Of a DNA stretch of 64,000 nt, positions 18,053 to 27,482 are shown one piece after another. Positions within the stretch are counted from its first letter, which is position 1. Every line of letters begins with the position of its first letter. Source of the DNA: a phage. Location: NCBI GenBank assembly GCA_024672275.1, contig GCA_024672275.1_4536.1; one strand, given 5' to 3'. The notes below the pieces were generated by a model. The model saw nothing but the letters and a program-made list of their open reading frames with translations, made no database searches and was not told the DNA's origin. The position numbers were made by a program, and so were the translations under genes.

Positions 18053-20725
18053 ATGTTTCCAATTCCAATATTTACTATTATGACCAGCACTGGTGTCGTT
18101 CCTCTGCCAGCGGGTATTGTTAAAAAAGTAATCACTTTAGATTACCCAGATAATGCTGGTAATTCTAACAGCAGTTTAGCAATTTTGCTTAATGATGGTA
18201 GATTGTTTACTCAAGGCGCAAACCTCTTTGGTGAGATTGCAGATGGAACTCGTAGTGCACGATTCAATAATTTCCACTTAGCTTCTACTGTAGTAGCGGA
18301 TGTGTTTACCGCAGATCGTTGTTTTGTTATTAAAACTAATAGTGGGGGATGGCAATATTCAGGATTGACAGCAGGGTTGGTAGGATCTATAGCAGCAGGT
18401 GGTACGGATGCATGTGTAACTACTTGGACCAGCTTTCCATCTGTAATAACAGGGACTATCTCTTTAGCCAATCTTAAAGAGGTTAAGGGAGGATATAACA
18501 ACACTCTCTGGTTAATGAATAGTGGTGTTCTTTACGGATCTGGTCAAAACACAGTAGGCAGTTTAGGTGCAAGTACTACTAACGAAGTTTCTACTCCTCG
18601 TCAGATAACAAGTGCAGCAGTTGCTTTTGATGCAGGTTACAACCAATGCTCTTATGTCAACAATGTGGGAACCTTGCGTGTTTGTGGAGCTAGTAAAGGT
18701 TTAGCAGGTAATAATAACACAACAACAGCTTTTGTCAATGCCAAGATATCCGCTACTGAAACAGTGTATGTCAAAGATTACATCAATACAGTTTCCCAGA
18801 CAATAGTTGTAGGAGATACCTCCGGTGGCACGGGTACAGTAAACTACTTATATGTCAGGTCTAATACAGAAACAACCTACACTAAACTGGATACCTTTGC
18901 AGCAGGTTTCTCAACATGGAAATTTCCACCAAGCCGCCACTCTTTTTTCGTTGGGATCAACAATTCCTTGTGGGCTATTGGTAAGAACTACACTGCAAAC
19001 TTAGGTTTGGGGTATGATTCTGCGAGCGGAGATCCACTCCAAGTGGGAAAACCAGTTAAACCTGAAGGAGTGGGTTCTTGGGATATAAACAAGCTCACAA
19101 GCGTTCATACGCTGAATATGGATATTACTAACCAATTAGGTTATCAAGGAACCTTTTTCGTTTATAACGGGGATATGTATTATTCCGGTATTTGGAAAGA
19201 TGGGAAAGCCTCGTATCTGTTCAACAGTGGTCTAAATTATAATAAATTCACACCGATAGCAAGCTCTGTGATTACGGGTGATATTCTGGCAACTGGTTTA
19301 ACTACAGATTCTTTAGGAATTTGTATTGTAGGTGGAACTAAACAGTTGACACATTCTGTTAGCCCAGAAGGAGGTAAACTTTTCAATATTAAATACACTT
19401 CTTCTGCCCCTGCAAACATGACAATATCATCCACTGGTTTAATGACTTTCCATGCAGAAGGTGGTTTTGATGCAGGTATGACAGCCTTAAACGCTGAAGG
19501 AACAACTTTATCAGATACCTCTGGAGGATATGCTTCAACATTGAGTGTTTACACCCCTAGCTTATCTGCGATGGATGTAGGAACAACACAAACAATGGTA
19601 GCAGAAATAACGCCAACAGGAGCAGCAAGCTTACCTGGTATGGTTGTTGAGTATACAACTACAGATCCTAATGTTGCTACAGTAGATCCTACAACTGGTG
19701 TAATAACTGGTGTTGGTGATGGTGGTTGTAGAATTGGTTGCACAGCTACGTATCAAGGTGTTGTTACCGCTTCTGATAGTTCTTATTTAACGGTGAACGC
19801 TGTTGCGGGAAAGGAGTTAGCTCCATCTCCGAGTAGTAGTTTAACGGTTCTAAACGGATATTTCAACCACTCGGCAGATGGGGCAATTACGTTCCCAATT
19901 TTATCGGGTACTGTCACACCAGCTAACTTTGTAGTTAAGGTGGATGACGTTGTAATACCTTCAAATAAAGTAATATTTAGAAATAAAGCTTTCTCTACAG
20001 TGGATAGTTATCCAGCAGGAGAATATAGACTGGCTATTGAATTTGCAAGTGCTTCAGTAGTGAATAGTGTTGATGTGTCTATGGAAGCAAATCCAGATCT
20101 TTTAGAATTATGGGGCGGCAACAGAATTGGTTATTCTACAAGCCCAGCCTCACAATTCTTAAAAGGTTGTGCTAACTTAAGACGAATAACTTCTGATTGT
20201 TTTAGTAACACATCTTACACCGGAACATCTATAAGTGGTATCTTCTCTGGCTGTACAAGTTTGACAGCTATCCCTGAAGGATTATTCAGTGATGCTTTAT
20301 TTCCTTCAATGACAACAATGTCAAGCACGTTTGAAGGTTGTACATCTTTAACATCTATTCCTTCAGATTTATTTAAGAATCTATCAAAAGTTACAAGATA
20401 TTCTTACACCTTTAAAGATTGCACCTCTCTTGCAGAAGTTCCAGCAGGAATGTTTGATAATATTCCAACAAAAGTGACCTCTTTAACAGCTACATTCCAA
20501 GGTTGTTTAGCACTTACAGATTTTAATAAAATCTTTAATGACAACCCAGGGTTAACTGTTTGTGGTAAACGTGGAGCATTATCTTCTTTCTTTAGTGGAT
20601 GCACAAATCTTACAGGAACAGGAACAACATTAACAAATACATTAGGTGGAGTAGCTAATAGTTACCTATTCAGGTATTGCACAAAACTTTCTGATTATAA
20701 CAACATTCCTTCTGGTTATAAATAA
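18053..20725 (+). CDS. tail fibre/adhesin with Big_2 Ig-like domain and C-terminal BspA-type leucine-rich repeats (890 aa)
   Basis: SD GGAGGG; Big_2-like segment (TTDPNVATVDPTTGVITGVGDGGCRIGCTATYQGVVTASDSSYLTVNA); LRR units FSGCTSLTAIPEGLF / FEGCTSLTSIPSDLF / FKDCTSLAEVPAGMF / FQGCLALTDF. Confidence 0.6.
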   Translation: MFPIPIFTIMTSTGVVPLPAGIVKKVITLDYPDNAGNSNSSLAILLNDGRLFTQGANLFGEIADGTRSARFNNFHLASTVVADVFTADRCFVIKTNSGGWQYSGLTAGLVGSIAAGGTDACVTTWTSFPSVITGTISLANLKEVKGGYNNTLWLMNSGVLYGSGQNTVGSLGASTTNEVSTPRQITSAAVAFDAGYNQCSYVNNVGTLRVCGASKGLAGNNNTTTAFVNAKISATETVYVKDYINTVSQTIVVGDTSGGTGTVNYLYVRSNTETTYTKLDTFAAGFSTWKFPPSRHSFFVGINNSLWAIGKNYTANLGLGYDSASGDPLQVGKPVKPEGVGSWDINKLTSVHTLNMDITNQLGYQGTFFVYNGDMYYSGIWKDGKASYLFNSGLNYNKFTPIASSVITGDILATGLTTDSLGICIVGGTKQLTHSVSPEGGKLFNIKYTSSAPANMTISSTGLMTFHAEGGFDAGMTALNAEGTTLSDTSGGYASTLSVYTPSLSAMDVGTTQTMVAEITPTGAASLPGMVVEYTTTDPNVATVDPTTGVITGVGDGGCRIGCTATYQGVVTASDSSYLTVNAVAGKELAPSPSSSLTVLNGYFNHSADGAITFPILSGTVTPANFVVKVDDVVIPSNKVIFRNKAFSTVDSYPAGEYRLAIEFASASVVNSVDVSMEANPDLLELWGGNRIGYSTSPASQFLKGCANLRRITSDCFSNTSYTGTSISGIFSGCTSLTAIPEGLFSDALFPSMTTMSSTFEGCTSLTSIPSDLFKNLSKVTRYSYTFKDCTSLAEVPAGMFDNIPTKVTSLTATFQGCLALTDFNKIFNDNPGLTVCGKRGALSSFFSGCTNLTGTGTTLTNTLGGVANSYLFRYCTKLSDYNNIPSGYK

Positions 20726-20726
20726 G

Positions 20727-20756
20727 AAAAGGAGCCATTCGGCTCCTTTCTTTTAT
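20727..20756. terminator. bidirectional terminator hairpin AAAGGAGCC-ATTC-GGCTCCTTT between convergent fibre and ssb genes
   Basis: Perfect palindrome flanked by A-run upstream and T-run downstream. Confidence 0.5.
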
Positions 20757-20781
20757 AAAAACTCTTTATAAATCAATAAGA

Positions 20782-21669
20782 TCAGAACGGAATATCATCG
20801 TCGAAGTCCATTGGAGGTTCTTCTTGATTACTTGGAGTTGGTTCTGGTTGTGGTTCAGGCTTCTTAACTTCTTTCTTCTCTTCTTTCTTAGGTTGTTCTG
20901 CTGAACCACGAATGGCAGCAGCAACTTTATCAGACAGGGCCAGAACTTTACGAGCAGAATCAATCAGATCTTCTACAGATACAGTCTTAATGGTATGGTC
21001 TTTACAAGCATTGAGGATAGCGTGACCAACAGATGCCCCAAGATCATAATCATTAATATCAACGCCACGAGATTCAGCAATTTCCGATTTCAGTGTGACA
21101 GTTGCAGATTGAACAACCCCAGCGATATCGAAAGCATCGCCTTTAACACCATTACGAATCAGTTCCAGTGCACCATTTACTGCGTGACCAGTTTCCAGAC
21201 CTACAGTATCACGTTTTTTATAGGACTGCTTAGGAGCAGCATCGTTGGAACCTTTATTGCCAGAAGATTTGTTAGACTTCTGAACACCATCGGTAGACAA
21301 TACTGTAATACGAGATTTTTTAGTATTGTAGTAAGTTTTACCGCCTTTATTATCAACGCGATCAATATCAATACTTACTTCTACACCTTTTTCAATAGTG
21401 ATCCAATTATCACCTTCTTTGACTTGCAGGTTTTCATAACCTTCTTTCAGTTCAATATCACCAAGAGAAATCCAAACACCTTTCTCATCTGGTTTAGCAC
21501 CTTTCTCTTTCAGAACAAGAGAAGCTCGGTGAGTTGAAACAATCGTTTTTCCTTCCCAATGAAAAGTTTTAGGTTCGGCGAATTTATCCAGTTTAACGTA
21601 GTCTACGATACCAGTTGCATAAGTTACGGTTTTGCCTTTACGATCAGTTTCAGTATTAATTACGGACAT
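20782..21669 (-). CDS. ssb: single-stranded DNA-binding protein with acidic C-terminal tip DFDDDIPF (295 aa)
   Basis: SD GAGGAG; K/E/P-rich linker then C-terminal ...PPMDFDDDIPF-stop, the canonical SSB-Ct interaction motif; heads the replication block. Confidence 0.6.
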   Translation of the reverse strand: MSVINTETDRKGKTVTYATGIVDYVKLDKFAEPKTFHWEGKTIVSTHRASLVLKEKGAKPDEKGVWISLGDIELKEGYENLQVKEGDNWITIEKGVEVSIDIDRVDNKGGKTYYNTKKSRITVLSTDGVQKSNKSSGNKGSNDAAPKQSYKKRDTVGLETGHAVNGALELIRNGVKGDAFDIAGVVQSATVTLKSEIAESRGVDINDYDLGASVGHAILNACKDHTIKTVSVEDLIDSARKVLALSDKVAAAIRGSAEQPKKEEKKEVKKPEPQPEPTPSNQEEPPMDFDDDIPF

Positions 21670-21685
21670 TATTATCTCCTCTACA

Positions 21686-22078
21686 TTACATTAATTTTGC
21701 ACAGAAAGAGCGGAGTCTTTCCATATCATCTTGCTCTAACAGGTATTTACCTTTACCTATTCCAACTCCAATTTCACCATTAGGAAAATGAACTATTTGC
21801 ACTGGAAAACCTCCGAGTTTAATTGTGGCAGCTTTGCCTTCTTCGTCTATAACGTTTCGGATTGTATCTTGCAGTGAAATGAATTCTTTGTTTGTAATAG
21901 TGGTTTCAATTATTTCAGATGTTTCAACACGAGCAGTTAGCTTCTTGTTTCCACCTTGAATAACCAAAATTTGAAAATAAAAAGAGTTGTCAAGACCTAC
22001 AACATTTTTCTCAACTAGTGTCAAACTGGTATAGTTTCCATAAACAGTTTCAACAGCTATCTTAGAACGTTCAGTCAT
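21686..22078 (-). CDS. hypothetical protein (130 aa)
   Basis: ORF; possible TTGACA promoter element ~35 nt upstream; no motif recognised. Confidence 0.4.
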   Translation of the reverse strand: MTERSKIAVETVYGNYTSLTLVEKNVVGLDNSFYFQILVIQGGNKKLTARVETSEIIETTITNKEFISLQDTIRNVIDEEGKAATIKLGGFPVQIVHFPNGEIGVGIGKGKYLLEQDDMERLRSFCAKLM

Positions 22079-22123
22079 TGAATGCTATCCTATCATAAAA
22101 TGTTTAATATTGTCAAGCTTTAA

Positions 22124-22717
22124 TTACCAAGGAATATCATCTTCTTCCAATCTGGTATCTACTTGAGGTGGACGTGGAACCTTAACCTCTTTCACAAAAC
22201 GAAGATATGGGAAACGTGTAGCAATTTTAATAACATGTTTGGCATCTTCTCTAACATCTTTGTGCAAGAAGCAGATCCCTGTTTCCAAGGTTGTTTCAAA
22301 ATCTTTAGAATAATAACAGTCCTTCCCATCAAATGCAGCCTGGCAGATGGACAGATCGAACTCATTTAGAAAGGTTGTCATTACGCTTGGTTCCATAATC
22401 ATAAGGTTGCAAAGCTGACCATCACGTTCAAACTCAAAAACGTGTTTAAGACCAGTAACACCTTCATAATTGTCAGAAGCCTCTTTGTTTCCTAGTTTAC
22501 GAATATTGGTTCCCATTAAAGCAGATGCAATTAATCCTTGTATTTGTTCTTCAGTCCGATGTGCAGGAAGGGATGTATAGAAATCCAGATCACGTCCAGC
22601 AATATCAAGAATACGCCAATCACGAACAGCACCGCCAGCCAAGACAGAATTAGGATCAGCGATCTTTAATACGGTAAGAATTTCTTTGGCAATATTGATT
22701 TGTTTTGATTTAGTCAT
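22124..22717 (-). CDS. Pol-beta-superfamily nucleotidyltransferase (CCA-adding/poly(A) polymerase head-like) with SSB-like C-terminal tip EEDDIPW (197 aa)
   Basis: GGAVRD motif followed by D-L-D (LAGGAVRDWRILDIAGRDLDFY); protein ends ...RLEEDDIPW-stop; SD GGAG; 8-nt overlap with upstream gene. Confidence 0.5.
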   Translation of the reverse strand: MTKSKQINIAKEILTVLKIADPNSVLAGGAVRDWRILDIAGRDLDFYTSLPAHRTEEQIQGLIASALMGTNIRKLGNKEASDNYEGVTGLKHVFEFERDGQLCNLMIMEPSVMTTFLNEFDLSICQAAFDGKDCYYSKDFETTLETGICFLHKDVREDAKHVIKIATRFPYLRFVKEVKVPRPPQVDTRLEEDDIPW

Positions 22718-22928
22718 TGATACGCTCCACAGTTACTTTTACAACATCGTCCATATTAATCTCATCCCCCAAGACCTCAATAACACCTTCCTCATAAAGT
22801 CGAGCACATTCTTCCCACACTTCAGCTTCCGTCATTCCACCTGCAATCTTATTTGCAAGACCTTTAATAACATCTTCATTTTGTTCATCAACAAGAATTG
22901 AAACATTAAAGCTCACTAATTTACGCAT
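22710..22928 (-). CDS. hypothetical small acidic protein (72 aa)
   Basis: ORF with SD AAGGAG; coupled to flanking genes. Confidence 0.4.
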   Translation of the reverse strand: MRKLVSFNVSILVDEQNEDVIKGLANKIAGGMTEAEVWEECARLYEEGVIEVLGDEINMDDVVKVTVERIND

Positions 22929-22938
22929 TGTTTTCTCC

Positions 22939-23106
22939 TTATACTTCTAAACGGAAAGTTTCTTTAGATACAAAATCGTATCCACCTTTTTCAAGCCAGT
23001 CATTGTAAACCTCATCGGCTTGAGACTCTATCATAAAATACCGAGTGGTAATTTCGTCTCCGACAATACGCACAATTTTATAGCAAATCATGATACCATT
23101 TCCCAT
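22939..23106 (-). CDS. small hypothetical ORF (~55 aa), not in supplied track
   Basis: ATG overlaps the stop of the upstream Zn-ribbon gene (TAATG); its stop is followed by SD+ATG of the next gene; translation read by eye. Confidence 0.3.
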   Translation of the reverse strand: MGNGIMICYKIVRIVGDEITTRYFMIESQADEVYNDWLEKGGYDFVSKETFRLEV

Positions 23107-23297
23107 TAATCTTCCTCCAGATCAATTTCATTATAACAATGTATGCAGAAACCATCATTGTGCATATGTTGTTCATAAGACATATCTTTACCACAAGACC
23201 AACAACGGATATCCCCATCATCCCATTCACGTTCTTCTCCACCTTCAAATTCATCTGGTAGATAAGGCATACCAAAACAATCTAAATCGTAACTCAT
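23106..23297 (-). CDS. small zinc-ribbon protein (63 aa; start adjusted to internal Met36 of track ORF)
   Basis: CxxC...CxxC (CWSCG...CIHCY); SD AGGAGA precedes the internal ATG; the longer track ORF would overlap the polymerase 3' end. Confidence 0.4.
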   Translation of the reverse strand: MSYDLDCFGMPYLPDEFEGGEEREWDDGDIRCWSCGKDMSYEQHMHNDGFCIHCYNEIDLEED

Positions 23298-23310
23298 ATC
23301 TTCTCCTATA

Positions 23311-23328
23311 AAGGGGCAGAAGCCCCTT
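23311..23328 (-). other. stem-loop AAGGGGC-(4 nt)-GCCCCTT between polymerase gene and Zn-ribbon gene
   Basis: Perfect 7-bp GC stem; no T-tract, so it may be a processing/attenuation hairpin rather than a full terminator. Confidence 0.35.
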
Positions 23329-23346
23329 ATAAAACAATACGTTAGA

Positions 23347-26300
23347 TCAGTGACAACTGGCCCAGGAATTCCCCACGTCATATCCAGCAGTAAGCTGAAC
23401 ATTAAGATTGTAAAATTCTCCAGCCTTAGTAACAGCTAAAGCAGCAAGTTCACCTGCCCGACTATAAGCTGTAAACCATCCACCTTTGGGAGATTCATGA
23501 ATGTTAGCCCAAATTTGCCCTGTCTCTTTTTCCTTATTATGCTTCCATTCTTCAACTTTAGCAAGGCATTCTTTATCAATTTTCTTTTGTTCTTCAGGAT
23601 CGTCTACTTTCTTCCAACCTAATGATTCAGGTGAAAACCATTTGAATTCTACGAGGTTACGAGAAACTTCAAGCTGGGCTTCATCGTGATATGCAATCAT
23701 TTGTTGCACGAAGTCTTTATTCTTCCAGTCATCTTTAAAGAAGTCAACACTTAATCCTTCTTCTTCGATCATATCGTCATAAATAACCATTGCACGTTTA
23801 GCACAGATAACCCCACCGCTTTGGAACAGAGAGTTAAGAATCGCGTGAGCAGAACGAGTAGGAACCTTACGACCGTCAATACCCAAAACATATTGTTTAC
23901 CAGTCTTAACCCAGAAATCGTTTAAACGTTCTTTAAGACGCGCCAATGGGAATGCAGCTTCCCAGAAAGCATCGAACACCAATTGACCTGTAAACTTATC
24001 GCTACCAATTGTTTTAGCAACCTTGTCGGCTTGTGCACCATAGGTAATACCATACTTAACAGATTTAGCAGGACTACGTTCAAATTTACGTCCAATAGTT
24101 TCAGTGATACGTTTTGCCATCATTGTGTGAACATCATTAGGTTTCTCTAACAACAGAGCGTTACAATATTCGTGTGGCTCCGGCTCGTACCGCCAACAGT
24201 TTCCTGTGATGGTAATGCAGTCTTTCTGACGCATGACCCACGTACCAAGTTCTGTTTGTGGACACCAAACATCCTCTACACCCCACTCTTCAATAGTCAA
24301 ACTTTGAACAGGAATGTGAGAGCGGTTAGTCAATGTTGCCACTTTTACTTTCTGCTCTTTTGTATTGAAAGCTACAGAGATATTGCCTCCATGCACCAGG
24401 TACGAGGCAGTTAAAGCTGCTTCAAAAAGTTCACCTGGGTTCTGCGCCCAACGCCAAACAGGTTTTTGTTTATGTTCGTGCCAGTAACCATCTGCAATCA
24501 AGAAACCTTCCAAGAAAGCTACACGCTCGGCATGAGACATATTAACTACACGTTCTACCCACGGAACATCCCATTTACCTTGTTGAACATAAGTTAAACT
24601 ATTTACCTGATCTTGTTCCATGTTAAATGGAGCATTACAAATAATGTTATCTCCTGTGCAAAGCTCGGCAGTTGTTCTGACTTTAGGCACATAAGTATTC
24701 CCTTTACTACGGGTATTAACATACCAACGGTGATCTGCTGTTGCACGGTAAGTGTGTGATTTCCCTTTAATCTCAAACGTCTTACTATTTTTATAGAAGA
24801 CCTTACCTTTTACTTTAGTCCATTCTTTCAGACCTGTTTCAGCATTGTACCCTAAAATCTCATCCCCTTCCTTCAGGTCGTGATATCCTACCCAACCTTT
24901 ACGAGTCAAAGCTTGAGCATCCATCGGCACACAGTAGTGTGATTCAATTTTTGCTTCCAAAGAGTCGAAGTCGTAGCCAATCTGGAAGTATTTAGGAACC
25001 TCTACACCAAACAAGTTACGCATCTCCCATCCAAACAAAGATGTGACACGAGGAATATTAGCTACAGATCTGTGCTTCATACGAGAAGTTGCAGCATCAC
25101 ATGTAGCGGCTGGGGTAGGAATACGACCATCTGCCCTTACTGCGGCTAAGAAACCTTTATCGTATTCTTGATCTTCCTCATCTTCTTCCCAATCAGCACC
25201 ACCACCTAAAATAGAGTTCCTACGATGTTTATACGTTAAGTATTCTACAATCTGCGTAGCATAAGGGAATTTCTCACCCAAAGCTTGCAGGTTAGGACAA
25301 ATTTCTTTTTCCTGACCTTTGGTAAAACATGGGTTAGTCAATACTTTAAGACCGCGACCTTTACCTTTTGCTATACGCTCTTGAATCTTCCTTTCCAAAG
25401 TTTCCGGTGTGCACTCCAGATGATCACAACGATCCTGACAAAAATTAGAAGATAGAGTTTGCTCAACGTAAGCTCTAATACCTTTCTGAAGTTCTTCCTC
25501 GCTCTTTTTAATTTTGGTGCCAGATTTAAGCGTCAAGTCTTTATCTTTATATTCAGACGGTACCCAACCTAATCCTACAAGCCAGTTTTTAATATGGGTT
25601 GTATCGTTCAATGTTGCAGGAATGTTAGGATCACATAGAGGCTCATCTGCTGCAACTGGCAGTTTCCACTCTTTCCCCAACATAACTAACCACCAATCGC
25701 CATCCCTCTCTTCCAAATGACCATCATGTTTCTTAGCAAAATTGATCATATGGTTAGTTGGCTCTAAGTTCTTTTTAATTTGCAACTTAGGTGGAATAAA
25801 AGCCTTAAGATAACCTTTTGTTGCTGGTTTAGGTGGCAAAATAGGCTCAACGAGTAAACGAAGACGCTCCATTTCTGCATCCAAAAAAGCAAGGTTCTCT
25901 TCTGCTTGTTTCATGTTAAAAGCAAACCCACGGTGTTCCTGGCGTGTAATAATGTCTGCTACACGTTGTTCAAGTTCAAATGGACCTTCCCATTTATCAT
26001 AATCACCCCATTCTTCCATAAGGTAATTATATACGCTCGTATTGGCTTTGTTGTCATAGATACAGTAATAAAGCATATCCGCAGCAAAAGTCTTAAATCG
26101 ATCTTCTTCTGGAATCTCTTTACGGAAATCTATTTTTACATCACCACCTGCTTTTCGAGAAAGTGCTGCCAAGCTATGTCCTGATTTGCCCTCAATCTTT
26201 CGATCTGGGTTTAACACTTTACTCAAAATCAAGGAGTCAATAAGTTTTACCTTATTTTTGCCCCACGTATTATATTTAACACTGTAATCTAATCCATAAA

Positions 26301-26679
26301 ACAGTTTTGTAGCCAACCAGTCGTAGTTGATACCGTTGTGAGCCACAGCCATTTCAACTAGATATTCAGGCTTGTCTTTAAAATAACCTTCATGATTAAT
26401 AAAATCTGGGAAATCTTTTAGTTGAAAATGTGTGTAATCTTGCGCCACATACTCTTTAAGAACATATGTGTATTTACCATCTGACTCTTCGTAAGGACGC
26501 CCATCAAAGATGTATTTAGGGCCATCGTGGAAAGCTACTATTTCTCCTGTTTCATGGTTCTCTAAGACAATACAGTGCATTTGAAATGTGTCTTTGAGAC
26601 GATAAGGACTAGCTAAATAATCAATAGTGTCATTATTCAACAATCCGTTTGCTTCAATATCCCATGTAAACTTACTCAC
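23347..26679 (-). CDS. family A DNA polymerase with 3'-5' exonuclease domain, interrupted by an intein (1110 aa precursor)
   Basis: Exo I motif WDIEANGL; motif A-like GYDFDSLEAKIESHY; motif B RSPAKSVKYGITYG; motif C YHDE; ~245-aa insertion between motifs A and B. Confidence 0.85.
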   Translation of the reverse strand: MSKFTWDIEANGLLNNDTIDYLASPYRLKDTFQMHCIVLENHETGEIVAFHDGPKYIFDGRPYEESDGKYTYVLKEYVAQDYTHFQLKDFPDFINHEGYFKDKPEYLVEMAVAHNGINYDWLATKLFYGLDYSVKYNTWGKNKVKLIDSLILSKVLNPDRKIEGKSGHSLAALSRKAGGDVKIDFRKEIPEEDRFKTFAADMLYYCIYDNKANTSVYNYLMEEWGDYDKWEGPFELEQRVADIITRQEHRGFAFNMKQAEENLAFLDAEMERLRLLVEPILPPKPATKGYLKAFIPPKLQIKKNLEPTNHMINFAKKHDGHLEERDGDWWLVMLGKEWKLPVAADEPLCDPNIPATLNDTTHIKNWLVGLGWVPSEYKDKDLTLKSGTKIKKSEEELQKGIRAYVEQTLSSNFCQDRCDHLECTPETLERKIQERIAKGKGRGLKVLTNPCFTKGQEKEICPNLQALGEKFPYATQIVEYLTYKHRRNSILGGGADWEEDEEDQEYDKGFLAAVRADGRIPTPAATCDAATSRMKHRSVANIPRVTSLFGWEMRNLFGVEVPKYFQIGYDFDSLEAKIESHYCVPMDAQALTRKGWVGYHDLKEGDEILGYNAETGLKEWTKVKGKVFYKNSKTFEIKGKSHTYRATADHRWYVNTRSKGNTYVPKVRTTAELCTGDNIICNAPFNMEQDQVNSLTYVQQGKWDVPWVERVVNMSHAERVAFLEGFLIADGYWHEHKQKPVWRWAQNPGELFEAALTASYLVHGGNISVAFNTKEQKVKVATLTNRSHIPVQSLTIEEWGVEDVWCPQTELGTWVMRQKDCITITGNCWRYEPEPHEYCNALLLEKPNDVHTMMAKRITETIGRKFERSPAKSVKYGITYGAQADKVAKTIGSDKFTGQLVFDAFWEAAFPLARLKERLNDFWVKTGKQYVLGIDGRKVPTRSAHAILNSLFQSGGVICAKRAMVIYDDMIEEEGLSVDFFKDDWKNKDFVQQMIAYHDEAQLEVSRNLVEFKWFSPESLGWKKVDDPEEQKKIDKECLAKVEEWKHNKEKETGQIWANIHESPKGGWFTAYSRAGELAALAVTKAGEFYNLNVQLTAGYDVGNSWASCH
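24199..24933 (-). mobile_element. intein (Hint domain with degenerate LAGLIDADG block), residues 583-827 of the polymerase
   Basis: Begins with Cys right after motif A (ESHY|CVPMDAQAL), block B-like TADHRWYV, LAGLIDADG-like FLEGFLIADGYW, ends ...ITITGN|C with Cys +1 then WRYE; coordinates by residue arithmetic. Confidence 0.6.
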
Positions 26680-27473
26680 TATTCCTCCTTTCTAATGTTC
26701 TCCAGAACCCACTGAAGTTCTTTTAAACTTAAACTTCTTACTCCCGCAGTTTTACTAGCTTCAGCTTTAAGTAACGGGTAAGCCTCAATGATACGCGTTT
26801 TAAGATCAGAAGTCAAGGCTTTTAAAAAATAGGTAGATGCTTCAGATAAAGAATCTTCTTCTGATAACACTTTACCTGCACTTGCTCCCGCTCTCCTAAC
26901 GACTATATCGTAGTCTTTACTGTTACCTAATACGAATAGTCGATTCTCTCCTAAAACAACGGGAGAACGCTTCTCGTTGCGTTTAATCCATACCTGGAAT
27001 ACACAAGGAACATCCCAAGGTTCTCCATGAAGAATAAAAGATCCTTTTGGACATTCTTCTTCGTAAAGAAGATGCATATGGGGATTTAGCTTGTGTGCAA
27101 AAAAGATTTTTTGAAATGTGCGAGGCAAGATAAAACAAATACCACCTTCGTTATCCAGCATTTCAGCACAATGGTTAAAGAATTTAATGGCAAGACTAGC
27201 ATTTTTTCCAAATGGAGGATTACCGACAAAAGCAGTTACACTACCAACAGACTCAACAGATTGAGCTAAAAAATCTGCCTCAATACAATCTTCAAACTTA
27301 GGGTCAATATCAAAAGAAGTTATGTTTTTAAAACAAGAAGAGAAAGCTCCTTCTCCCGCAGATGGTTCTACGTAGTTAGCTTCCTCTCCAAAAATTTCTT
27401 TGATCTTATCACATAAGAACCCCGCATAAGCGGGGTTAGTGTAATATTGATCAAGTGTGTTCAACTTGCTCAA
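26679..27473 (-). CDS. DNA N6-adenine methyltransferase (264 aa)
   Basis: SAM-binding-like VEPSAGEGAF and catalytic NPPFG motif; 1-nt stop/start overlap with the polymerase gene. Confidence 0.6.
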   Translation of the reverse strand: MSKLNTLDQYYTNPAYAGFLCDKIKEIFGEEANYVEPSAGEGAFSSCFKNITSFDIDPKFEDCIEADFLAQSVESVGSVTAFVGNPPFGKNASLAIKFFNHCAEMLDNEGGICFILPRTFQKIFFAHKLNPHMHLLYEEECPKGSFILHGEPWDVPCVFQVWIKRNEKRSPVVLGENRLFVLGNSKDYDIVVRRAGASAGKVLSEEDSLSEASTYFLKALTSDLKTRIIEAYPLLKAEASKTAGVRSLSLKELQWVLENIRKEE

Positions 27474-27482
27474 TAGTCCTCC

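Noticed and set aside
20995-21537. 180-aa plus-strand ORF antisense to ssb, and similar antisense ORFs inside large genes (e.g. 409..729, 17259..17594, 32133..32660, 36040..36421)
   Set aside because: They lie entirely within strongly supported genes on the opposite strand, have odd composition (F/I/N or C/R-rich) and no RBS; treated as shadow ORFs.
22088-22116. Promoter TTGACA-18-TAGGAT upstream of the 130-aa gene at 21686..22078
   Set aside because: The -35 is perfect but the -10 is weak (TAGGAT) and spacing to the start codon is very short; kept as a note rather than a feature.
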